Positions 1-9,683 of a stretch of 64,000 nucleotides of DNA are shown here, piece by piece. The translations under genes and the position numbers were made by a program. A model generated the notes under the pieces. The model searched no databases, was not told the DNA's origin, and saw only the letters and a list, made by a program, of their open reading frames with translations. Numbering within the stretch: the first letter of the stretch is position 1; the number at the start of each line of letters is the position of its first letter. The DNA comes from Mobula hypostoma. Taxonomy: Eukaryota. The stretch lies in assembly GCF_963921235.1 (NCBI RefSeq), contig NC_086097.1:145018001-145082000 (forward strand). Direction: 5' to 3'.

Positions 1-215
1 ATTTCTGTGTCCTTGCTAATGAGAGAGGTTAGAGAAGAATTGCCAGACTGGTTCAAACGGACAGGAAGGCGACAGTAACTCAGATAACCATGTGTTACAA
101 CAGTAGTGTGCAGAAAAGCGTTTCTCAACATACAACACGTTGAGTTTTGAAATGGATGGGCTACAGCACAGAAGACCACAAACATACGCACAATGCCTAC
201 TTTATTAGGTACAGG
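1..215 (+). mobile_element. Tc1/mariner-derived fragment (transposase HTH remnant followed by a Tc1-type terminal sequence)
   Basis: Translates to ERG*RRIARLVQTDRKATVTQITMCYNSSVQKSVSQHTTR*VLKWMGYS, a typical Tc1 transposase DNA-binding segment. Followed by ACTTTATTAGGTACA, resembling fish Tc1 ends. Cut by the window start. Confidence 0.75.
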
Positions 216-435
216 AGAACAAAAAATATGAAGGCATAGTGATTTGTAAGAAGGATAACAATGGACTTCAAGGAAATATTGGCAGGTCAGAGGCGGATGA
301 AATTTAATTCTAAGCATTATTAGATGTTAGAAGTAATGAGAAAAATCAATGTAAACCACAGTAGCAAGTGAAATACCTAGGTATATGTCCACACAATTCA
401 TTGACGGGGGTAGCCGTCAAATGGATGTCATGAAA

Positions 436-826
436 GTCGATTTCTGAAACTTCCAGTAATGTACCCCCCCTCCATTCCCCATTCCCACTTCCCTCTCTCA
501 CCTCATCTTCTTACATGCCCTTTATCTCCCTCTGGTGCTCCTCCCCCTTTTCTTTCTTCCATGGCCTTCTGTCCTCTGCTATCAGATTCCCCCTTCTCCA
601 GCCCTGTATCTCTTTCACCAATCAATGTCCCAGCTCTTTACTTCACCCCTCCCCCTCTGGGTTTCACCAATCACCTTGTGCTTCCTACTCCCCTCCCCCC
701 ACCTTCTAACTCTGACTCCTCAACTTTTTTTCCTCCAGTCCCGGTGGAGAGTCTCGACCCAGAACATCGACTATACCCTTTTCCATAGATCCTGTCTGGC
801 CTGCTGAGTTTCTCCAGCATTTTGTA
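436..826 (+). mobile_element. Penelope-like element 3' fragment (ORF end, pyrimidine-rich UTR, degenerate hammerhead, tail)
   Basis: Colinear with 38905-39320: ORF-end-like TCGATTTCTGAAACTTCCAGTAA, C/T-rich UTR, then GGCCTGCTGAGTTTCTCCAGCATTTTG tail. Confidence 0.8.
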
Positions 827-1077
827 AGGGTATTTGGTAATTTGATGGAAAAATTGAATAAAGTGCAAAGTTGAAGAAAACTAAGCAAAACTGTTTCCAT
901 TGACAAATAAATCAAAACCTGAGGACACAGATTGAAAAGACTGACAAAAGAAGCAATATAAAAAATAAAGAAAAGGATTTGTACACATTGAATGGTATGG
1001 ATGTGAGGGGAAGTAGTGAAGGTAGAAGCTATTAAAGAGAAGCTGGATGAGTGACTGAAAAGAAAGAATTTGCAGTT

Positions 1078-1172
1078 TTGTCCTGATAAGGAGTCTCGAC
1101 CCAAAAAGTCGACTCTTGATTCCTTTCCATAGATGCAACCTGACCTGCTGAATTCCTCCAGCATTTTGTATT
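1078..1172 (+). mobile_element. Solo Penelope tail module with degenerate hammerhead
   Basis: GTCCTGATAAGGAGTCTCGACCCAAAAAGTCGAC...CCTGCTGAATTCCTCCAGCATTTTG, sitting inside an old CR1 3' remnant. Confidence 0.75.
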
Positions 1173-1354
1173 TTGTATGAACATGAGGGAATGTGGCTAG
1201 CTGGATTGCTCTTGCATGGGGATGGTATGGATTTGATGAGCCTAATGGCCTCATTGCATACCTATTTGTGATTTTGTAACAATCCTGAAAATTCACTCAG
1301 GGGCAGGGGCCCAGTGTATGGTATTCCCACTTTTCAAGCTTCTGTGCAAATTAT

Positions 1355-1478
1355 CAAACAATCTGCTGGAAGTACTCAGCAGACTGAGCAGCATCTGTGG
1401 GAGAAAAGGATATTTTTGAAATTCCTTTCTTCCCACAGATGCTGCTTAACCAACTGAGTACTTCCAGCAGATTGTTTG
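1355..1478. repeat. Long inverted repeat (hairpin) made of two head-to-head Penelope-type tails
   Basis: 1355-1379 is the exact reverse complement of 1454-1478 (25 bp). 1387-1402 is the exact reverse complement of 1431-1446 (16 bp). Confidence 0.9.
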
Positions 1479-2643
1479 TTGCTCCTGATTCGAGCACCGC
1501 AGTCTCCCGTGGCTTCAGTCCAAATTAATATTAGGTGTACTGAGGTTGGTGGAAGCACATGCAAGGCAATGATAATCAACTCTTCTCCTTGTTCAAGTGA
1601 TAGGGAAAGATGAGAATTAATGGCAATTCTTCAGTGAAATGAACTTTATTTTCATTTTCCTCAGATTGTTATAATATGCTTCAATTCAGATTTTCTGCAT
1701 TATTTATTCAGCAACATCATATCTTCTAGCTAGAGGAGTTATGGAGGCATGGAGCTTGGGGACTGGGGTGCCTGAACTGTTTGCTCATTTGTTCCAACTT
1801 GGTGTTCTCTTGTGCAACATCTTTTAGGTACATGAGCAATTTTCAAAATGTTTATGTCACAAATCTGAGGGTGGTTTTCGCTTCATTCAAAACATGACAG
1901 TGAGTTGGAAGTCCTTGATATATCTCCTCCAATTTCCATCTCTCTGGAAATCACGGCTCAAATTTAAAATGAGCCCATGTTTCTGTAGTTAAGACTGGGC
2001 GACAAAGGGTTAAAAACATCAGAACATTCCTTACTAGATGTTATCCTATATGTTCAGAGGCCACATGGAGTGCAAAAAGAGGATTACATTAACACAGGAG
2101 AATGAGACGATCAGAGAGGAACTTTAATACACAAATGGAATTTTAATCTTTACCTTGTCTATAATTTTTCCTCATCATCTCTTTTGCTATCATAGCAGAA
2201 GAATGATGTTATTCATTAAACTTGTTAACTGCTTCACAATATTTCACCCTATGAGCAAAGAGTTCATGGGGAGCAGTCACCATTAATTCCAGTGTTGACA
2301 GGGAATAAAGCTCATGTAGATTTAATTACTGCTCCAAGGGGGCGGGATGGGGAGAGGAAAGGTTTTTTTCCTGTTTGTAGCATTCTTGCATGTGAAGTGG
2401 TCAAACCACTAATAACAATAGTTTGCACATACTATATTAAATTATCCTAATTTAGCAAATGTTCCAAGGAAGGAATGTTTGGATTACTTGTCGCTCTCCC
2501 TGATGGTCTGAGCTGTAGGGGCCATTTGTTTGGTGATGGGGTTAAAGTAACAAGCAAAATACCCAAAAGGAAAGCAAAAAGCAACACACACAAAATGCTG
2601 GAGGAATTCAGCAGGCCAGGCAGCATCTATGGAAATGAATAAA

Positions 2644-2681
2644 CAGTCGACGTTTCAGGCTAAGACCTTTCTTCAGAACTG
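2644..2681 (-). ncRNA. Minimal type-I hammerhead ribozyme motif (Penelope-associated)
   Basis: Minus strand reads CAGTT-CTGAAGA-A-AGG-TCTTAG-CCT-GAAA-CG-TC-GACTG: intact CUGANGA and GAAA cores, GUC triplet, stems I and II. Confidence 0.75.
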
Positions 2682-3833
2682 GAAAAGAAGTGGGGGAGAA
2701 GTACTAGGGAAGGGGCAAGATGCCAGAATAAAAAGATAGGGGGAGGGGAAGGAGGATAGCAGGAAGGTGATGGGTGATGCCAGGAGTGTAGGAAAGGTAA
2801 AGGGCTGGAGAGGAAGGATTGTGATATGAGAGGAGAGTGGACCAGAAGAGAAAGGGAAGGTGGAGGGGACCCAGGAGGAGATGATAGGCAGCTGAGAAGA
2901 GGTAAAGAGCCAGAGTGGGGAAAAGATGGAAGGGGGGGGAGGGGAGGGAAAATTCCTTCTTACCAGAAGCAAAAATCAGATGGAATATAAGGTGTTGCTC
3001 CACCACCCTGATGTTGGCCTAATCATGGCACAATTATAGGCCTTGACAACATGTCAGAATGGAAATAGGAACCGCAATTAAAATGTTTGACCTCTGGGAA
3101 TTTTCGCTTTTGGCCGATGGAGCGGTGGTGCTCAATGAAGTGGTCTCCCAATTAATGATGGGTCTCACTAATGTAGAGGAGGCTGCATTAGGAGCACTGG
3201 GGCACAATAGACAACCCCAGCAGATTTGCAGCTGAAGTGTTGCCTCACCTGGAATGACTGTTTCGGGACCTGAATGGAAGTGAGGGAGGAGGTGAATGGG
3301 TAAGTGTAACACTTTGCCTACTTGCAGGGATAAGTGCCAGGACGGAGATTAGTAAAGAGGGACTAATAGACAAGGGAATCACTGAGGAAGCGATCCTTGC
3401 GGAAAGTGCAGAGAGGAGGAAGGTAACAATAAGGTGCTTGGATGTATGTACAAGGGGGATGTCAGACGTAAGTTTTTCACACAGACAGTGGTGTGTACAT
3501 GGAATGCACTGTCATCGACGGTGGTAGAGGTGGATATAATAGGGTCTTTTAAAAGACTGTTAGGCTACATCCACAATAGACCGGATAATTTCGAAAACGC
3601 CGGTTGCAAGTAAAAACGGCAGGCGTCCACACTACACGTTTTTCAAAATATCTCTGTCCACACCAAAATGGATATTTGGGCGAATCTACTCCTACAGGTC
3701 ATGCGCAGACGCATATACAGAAAACAAGCGAAGAGGAAGCGGTATAATATTTACGTTTCCACGGCGGCATTGTGCTATTTCCATAGAATAAAACTAGAGT
3801 ACCTACAACAACAGCGAAAGAAAGTTTTCAACA

Positions 3834-3965
3834 ATGTCTTCGAGGAATACTAAGAAAACCTCCGCTGGAAAAATCAGACCGGACTTCTTCGTTGAGACAG
3901 ACAACGAAGTCGAGCTGTTTCTGCAAGTTACAAACGACTACAAAGTCAGCAAAGCAGTGGAGATG
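3834..3965 (+). pseudogene. Truncated Myb/SANT-like DNA-binding protein remnant of the Harbinger element
   Basis: FVETDNEVELFLQVTNDYKVSKAVE resembles the FxWTDxEVELLL..YKxxK N-terminus of Harbinger Myb/SANT-like ORFs; the conserved W is lost. Confidence 0.6.
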
Positions 3966-4244
3966 TTTAATTCCAAACAAACTATTAACGTAGACAATAA
4001 AGTAAACAGCACACGCATGAAGCCGTCCTCTACCCAAGATCAACAAGAGGTTGAAATCTTCTGCCGCCAGACCTGCTCAGTATTTCTGACATTAATATTT
4101 TTAAAGATAGACTCAAACAAGTCAATTTAGGGGACCTAGTCAAAAAAGCTCACTTTACAATTTAACTCTCACGCCGTTCACACCAACTGCACGTTATAAC
4201 AGCCGTCCAGCAGTGCTTCTGCAGAACCAAGCAGAAACAGAAAA

Positions 4245-6428
4245 AGACCATAAGGCCATAAGACAAAGGAGCAGGAGTAGGCCATTCGGCCCATCGAGTC
4301 TTCTCCGCCATTTTATCATGAGCTGATCCATTTTCTCCTATTTAGTCCCACTCCCCCGCCTTCTCACCATAACCTTTGATGGCCTGGCTACTCAGATACC
4401 TATTAATCTCTGCCTTAAATACACCCAATGACTTGGCCTCCACTGCTGCCCGTGGCAACAAATTCCATAGATTCATCACCCTCTGACTAAAAAAATTTCT
4501 TCGCATTTCTGTTCTGAATGAGCGCCCTTCAATCCTTAAGTCATGCCCTTTCATACTAGACTCCCCCATCATGGGAAACAACTTTGCCATATCCACTCTG
4601 TCCATGCCTTTTAACATTTGAAATGTTTCTATGAGGTCTCCCCTCATTCTTCTAAACTCCAAGGAGTACAGTCCAAGAGCGGACAACCATTCCTCATATG
4701 TTAACCCTCTCATTCCCGGAATCATTGTAGTGAATCTACTCTGTACCCTCTCCAACGTCAGCACATCCTTTCTTAAATAAGGAGACCAAAACTGCCCACA
4801 GTACTCCAAGTGAGGTCTTACCAGCATCTTATAGAGCCTCAACGTCACATCCCTGCTCCTATACTCTATTCCTCTCGAAAAGAATGCCAACATTGCATTC
4901 GCCTTCTTCACCACTGACTCAACCTGGAGGTTAACTTTAAGGGTATCCTGTACGAAGGCTCCCAAGTCCCGTTGCATCTCAGAACTTTGAATTCTTTCCC
5001 CATTTAAATAATAGTCTGCCCGTTTATTTTTTCTACCAAAGTGCATGACCATACACTTTCCAACATTGTACTTCATTTGCCACTTCTCTGCCCATTCTTC
5101 CAATCTATCCAAGTCTCTCTGCAGACTCTCCATTTCCTCAGCACTACTGGCCCCTCCACCTATCTTCATATCGTCAGCAAACTTAGCCACAAAGCCATCT
5201 ATTCCATAATCCAAATCTTTGATGTACAATGTAAAAAGATGCCCCAACATGGACCCCTGTGGAACACCACTGGTAACCGGCAGCCAATCAGAATAGGATC
5301 CCTTTATTCCCACTCTCTGTTTCCTGCCAAACAGCCAACGCTCTATCCACGTATGTAACTTTCCCGTAATTCCATGGGCTCTTATCTTGTTAAGTAGCCT
5401 CACGTGTGGCACCTTGTCAAAGGCCTTCTGAAAATCCAAATATACAACATCCACCGCATCTCCCTTGTCTAGCCTACTGGCAATTTCCTCAAAAAATTGT
5501 AATAGGTTTGTCAAGCAGGATTTTCCTTTAAGGAATCCATGCTGAGTTCTGCCTATCTTGTCATATGCCTCCAGGTACTCTGTAACCTCATCCTTGACAA
5601 TCGACTCCAACAACTTCCCAAACACCGACGTCAAGCTCACAGGTCTATAATTTCCTTTTTGCTTCCTTGCCCCCTTTTTAAATAGCGGAGTGACATTTGC
5701 AATCTTCCAGTCTTCCAGAACCATGCCAGAATCTATCAACTTTTGAAAGATCATCGCTAATGCCTCCGCAATCTCCACAGCTACTTCCTTCAGAACACAC
5801 AGGTGCATTCCATCTGGTCCAGGAGATTTATCTACCTTTAGACTATTCAGCTTCCTGAGTACTTTCTCTGTCGTAATTGTGACTGCGCACACTTCTCTTC
5901 CCTGCCACCCTCGAGTGTCCGGTATACTGCTGATGTCTTCCTCAGTGAAGACTGATGCAAAATACTCATTCACTTCCTCTGCCATCTCCTTATCTCCCAT
6001 TACAATTTCTCCAGCATCATTTTCTATTGGTCCTATATCTAATCTCACCTGTCTTTTACTCTTTATATGCTTGAAAAAGCTTTTAGTATCCTCTTTGATA
6101 TTATTTGCTAGCTTCCTTTCATAGTTAATCTTTTCTCTCTTAATGACCTTCTTGGTTTCCTTTTGTAAGGTTTTAAAAACTTCCCAATCCTTTGTCTTTC
6201 CACTAATTTTTGCTTCCTTGTATGCCCTCTCCTTTGCTTTAACTTTGGCTTTGACTTCTCTTGTCATCCATGGTTGCATCCTTCTTCCACTCGAAAATTT
6301 CTTCTTTTTTGGAATATACCTGTCTTGCACATTCCTCACTTCTCGCATAAACTCCAGGCACTGCTGCCCTGCTGTCTTTCCCGCCAGTGTCTCTTTCCAG
6401 TCAACTTTGGCCAGTTCCTCTCTCATGC
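4245..6428 (-). mobile_element. CR1 LINE, 5'-truncated and relatively young, nested in the Harbinger element
   Basis: RT ORF plus 3' UTR ending in CCATAAG(A/G)-type tail repeats at 4245-4263. Confidence 0.95.
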
Positions 6429-6450
6429 ATTGTTGTTGTGGTGTCGTCAT
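4342..6450 (-). CDS. CR1 ORF2 reverse transcriptase portion (702 aa open; endonuclease missing)
   Basis: Motifs KSPGPDG, NYRPVSLTS, QHGF, YLDFQKAFDKV, GVPQGS, FADD, RPHLEY and RRMRGDLIE. Confidence 0.9.
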   Translation of the reverse strand: MTTPQQQCMREELAKVDWKETLAGKTAGQQCLEFMREVRNVQDRYIPKKKKFSSGRRMQPWMTREVKAKVKAKERAYKEAKISGKTKDWEVFKTLQKETKKVIKREKINYERKLANNIKEDTKSFFKHIKSKRQVRLDIGPIENDAGEIVMGDKEMAEEVNEYFASVFTEEDISSIPDTRGWQGREVCAVTITTEKVLRKLNSLKVDKSPGPDGMHLCVLKEVAVEIAEALAMIFQKLIDSGMVLEDWKIANVTPLFKKGARKQKGNYRPVSLTSVFGKLLESIVKDEVTEYLEAYDKIGRTQHGFLKGKSCLTNLLQFFEEIASRLDKGDAVDVVYLDFQKAFDKVPHVRLLNKIRAHGITGKLHTWIERWLFGRKQRVGIKGSYSDWLPVTSGVPQGSMLGHLFTLYIKDLDYGIDGFVAKFADDMKIGGGASSAEEMESLQRDLDRLEEWAEKWQMKYNVGKCMVMHFGRKNKRADYYLNGERIQSSEMQRDLGAFVQDTLKVNLQVESVVKKANAMLAFFSRGIEYRSRDVTLRLYKMLVRPHLEYCGQFWSPYLRKDVLTLERVQSRFTTMIPGMRGLTYEEWLSALGLYSLEFRRMRGDLIETFQMLKGMDRVDMAKLFPMMGESSMKGHDLRIEGRSFRTEMRRNFFSQRVMNLWNLLPRAAVEAKSLGVFKAEINRYLSSQAIKGYGEKAGEWD

Positions 6451-7665
6451 GACAACGTTTTAAAATCTCTCCGTTTACCCCGTCCACACTGCAATGCAAA
6501 ACAATCGTTTTCAAATTTACACACTCTGGAGAGTGTTTTTGAAAATCTCTGTTTTCGGGGGGTGAAAATGTCGTTTCAGTGTGGACAGAGGATCAAAAAC
6601 GAAGAGAAAAAGCTTCGTTTTCAAAATTATCCGGACGTAGCCTTAGATAGGTACATGGAGCTTAGAAAAATAGAGGGCTATGGGTTAGAGTAATTTTAGG
6701 TAGTTTCTAGAGTAGGTTACATGGTTGGCACAACATTGTGGGCTGAAGGGCCTGTCATGTGCTGTAGATTTCTATGTTCTGTGTTCTATGTAACAATATG
6801 TTGGATAGTAGGATCCCTTTGGAGATGACTGAAGTTGCGGAGGATGATGTCATGGATACGAAGTCTCCTGGGGTGGTAGGTAAGGACAAGAGGAACTCTA
6901 TCACTGCTCCGTGACTCTTTCTCCCAAAGCGGGAAGATGGGGTAAGTGCAGATATTTAGGAAATGGAGGAGATGTGGGTGAGGGCAGCAACAATGGTGGG
7001 TCAAAAGGAAAGTAACTAACCTCTTTTTAACACAGTAAATTGTTATGATCAACAATGTAGGTGTTGGTTTGAAAAGGTGGCAGAAGCAGCTTCATTGGTA
7101 ATGTTTGAAAAGGGATTGAATATTTTATTAACAATAATAACATCTGTAGGGCTACTTTGGAGAAAGAGTCATGGGAATTTTAATGATTTAGGGATCTAAA
7201 CATAATGAAATCAATTGGCTTCTCAACAGAAAAATATAGTGTCTCATCAGCACTAGGCAACGAGCCTAGATTATACTTCCAGGTCTTTGGAGCGGGATTT
7301 GATTGCACAACCTTCCAACAGTAGAAAAGAGAGGATCACTTGAGCACCACCTGACTATGGCATGATCGGGGCTGTGCATTGGGTCTATTTGTACAGCATT
7401 GCTCATAGAGCAGGCCTTTAGAAAGGCGCAATAAACTGTTCAAACACACTCTCTCAAATATGGAATCTGTTCTAATGCATTAAAAACTTTGTCTGTACCA
7501 GCCTAAAATGTTTAGGAAATCTTGTAGCAAAGGAATGCACTCATTAATTGCTGTCAGCGACCCAGGCCTATTCTTCGAAACAATTCAAAATGTTCCCAGT
7601 GTACTCTCCCTTCAACAAATCCCCATCCCCAGGGCATTAAACAATGTTTACAGGAATCAAACTGG

Positions 7666-8314
7666 GATTAGATTAGATTATAGATTAGATTTTAGATTAG
7701 ATTATGAGGACACGCAGTCTTCTTTTATTGTCATTTAGTAATGCATGCATTAAGAAATGATACAATATTCCTCTGGTGTGATATCACAGAAACACAGGAC
7801 AGACCAAGACTGAAAAACTAACAAAACCACATAATTATAACATATAGTTACAACAGTGCAACAATACCATAACTTGATGAAGAACAGGCCATGGGCACAG
7901 TAAAAAAGTTCAAAGGCTCTCGAAAGTCCCACATCTCACGCAGATGGGAGAAGGAGGAAAACTCTCCCTGCCATGCCTGACCACAGTCCGACTCTGAGTC
8001 ATCCGAAGACTTCGAGCTCTGATCAGCCCTCTGACACCGAGTACCGAGCACCAACTCCATCTGAACGCTTCGACCTCAGCCTCGGTCGCCAGCGGCAGGC
8101 AAGGCTGGGGATTTTGGGGCCCTCGCTCCAGAGATTCTCAATCGCACAGTAACAACGGCAGCAAAACCAGGCATTTCAGAAATTTCTCCAGATGTTCCTC
8201 TGCTTCTCACGTCTGTCTTCATCAAATCAGAATTGTCCACGGCCCCTATTTAACAGTTACGATATTATTTCACCGGAGAGCTGGGTGCACTGTGTCGCGC
8301 TATCTTCTCCTCCC
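7666..8314 (-). mobile_element. Non-coding ~650-bp non-autonomous retroelement, copy 1
   Basis: End-to-end similar to 50308-50981. (AATCT)n tail after AATAAA on the minus strand; 5' end GGGAGGAGAAGATAGCG. Confidence 0.8.
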
Positions 8315-8539
8315 ACCTGAATGTATTGGCTTTAATGGAGATTGCATCTTATTTTTAGTGTGTTTGATGATGCCTGGCAATTGAACTGTTATTGGAAAAT
8401 GATTAGTGTTATTGTGGAGCAACTTTCCTCAGACACTTGGTGCCTCACCATGCTGTAACAATTAAACTGATCAGGTTCCTATTCCCATTGTAACCTTTTC
8501 CATTGGCTAGAATGAAATACAGCTGTCATTAGCCATGAT

Positions 8540-8710
8540 CCAGTTGTAGTAACTTAAGCTCTGACCTGAAGGATGGGAAATTCAATTTCTCAAACTTGAG
8601 CATAATGTGGAGGTTTGATGCTCCAGGGAATTATTGAGATACTAAGGTATCCATCAGATAAGATGTCAAATCAAAACTGTATATGCTTGCTTAAATTAAT
8701 ATAGAAGATG
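8540..8710 (+). mobile_element. Ancient Deu-domain (SacSINE1/AmnSINE1-like) SINE remnant
   Basis: AAACTTGAGCATAATGTGGAGGTTTGATGCTCCAG...CAGATAAGATGTCAAATCAAA resembles the recalled Deu-domain consensus; highly diverged. Confidence 0.4.
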
Positions 8711-9147
8711 CAAGTCAAAGACAGTTGGAGTTGGGACGAGAGATATTAGTTAGGCAGGTAATCAATATTGGGTGGAAATCAGGCTGAGGAAAGGTCCATG
8801 TTTGCAGAACAGTCACGAGCTTGAGGACATTGGAAGGAATGACAATTTGCGAGATGGGATGTTGGGTAGGATCAAATGCAAATGAAACAAATTAAAGGAG
8901 GATACATCTGGAAGATGATGGACCTCTTAGCCACTTGGGAGTGCATACTAGATACAGTCTTCAACTAGTACTAGTGTAAGCCTGCTTTAATATTTGTGGG
9001 CCTTGTATGCGCAGGGATATCAAAATGTACTTCCGGTGCTGTTCTGTATCACCGTGCATGTCCTCTGTCAATAACGTATCTTACACACAGATGACCCAGA
9101 CCGAGAATCTGGAAGCACACTGTCAAAGTGTGAAGTATATGATCATG

Positions 9148-9447
9148 TTTAGATTAGACTAGATTAGATTCAACTTTATTGTCATTGTGCCAAGTACAGA
9201 TACAAAGCCAATGAAATGCATTTAGCATCTGACCAGAATTGCAAAGAATAGTTTTATTTACAAAATAACTGTGAATAAAAAAAGTGCTACAGCACACAAA
9301 TATAAAAGTACTGAGACAGTACAATATGGATGCAATACTGCTTAGCACTGTGATGTCAGGTTCAGCAGTGTCACAGCCTCAGGGAAGAAGCTCTTCCTGT
9401 GCCTGCTGGTGCGGGAGCGGAGGCTCCCGTAGCTTCTACTGGATGGG
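9148..9447 (-). mobile_element. Rex1/Babar-like LINE 3' end
   Basis: Minus-strand LPSSRSYGSLRSRTSRHRKSFFPEAVTLLN C-terminus; TGACAATAAAGTTGAATCTAATCT tail. Confidence 0.75.
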
Positions 9448-9683
9448 AGTTTGCAGTTCATATAGAAATTGTTTGAATTGTAGAGTTCGTGCGTTTTTGA
9501 AGGGAATGATTGGAAACTGGAAGTATTCCTCTCAGGCTGCACAAGGGGCAAAATTCTGCTTTGAAGTAGCTAAATTATTATTTGTACAGCACCTCCCAAC
9601 AACGTTGCCAAGGCTGACAGACTTTAGGCATGGGGAGCAAAAGGAGAACAAACCCAGCCAATCCAATCTCTCTCCATAACTAA

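Larger units (their letters stand above)
3563..6642 (+). mobile_element. PIF/Harbinger non-autonomous DNA transposon (~0.9 kb excluding the nested CR1)
   Basis: TIRs GGCTAC...CCGGATAATTTCGAAAACG and CGTTTTCAAAATTATCCGG...GTAGCC. TTA TSD at 3560-3562 and 6643-6645. Repeated subterminal GTCCACACY motifs. Confidence 0.85.
3432..6789 (+). mobile_element. CR1 3' fragment (3432-3562 and 6646-6789) interrupted by a Harbinger element
   Basis: Joining the halves restores TCTTTTAAAAGACTGTTAGATAGGTACATGGAGCTTAGAAAAATAGAGGGCTATGGG, matching the minus-strand copy at 10172-10578. Ends in a TTCTATG tail and has a 9-bp TSD. Confidence 0.85.
2581..7015 (-). mobile_element. Penelope-like (Neptune-type) element, degenerate, in two pieces (2581-3431 and 6790-7015) split by nested insertions
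   Basis: Reverse complement matches the GIY-YIG region, UTR and tail of the 37.2-39.4 kb element. 6786-7055 ORF contains RVPLVLTYHP...IILRNFSHLQRDPT. GTAACAATA is duplicated at 3423-3431 and 6790-6798. Confidence 0.85.

Noticed and set aside
459-807. Pro/Ser-rich ORFs (also 2673-3006 and 38928-39328)
   Set aside because: Artefacts of the pyrimidine-rich Penelope 3' UTR.
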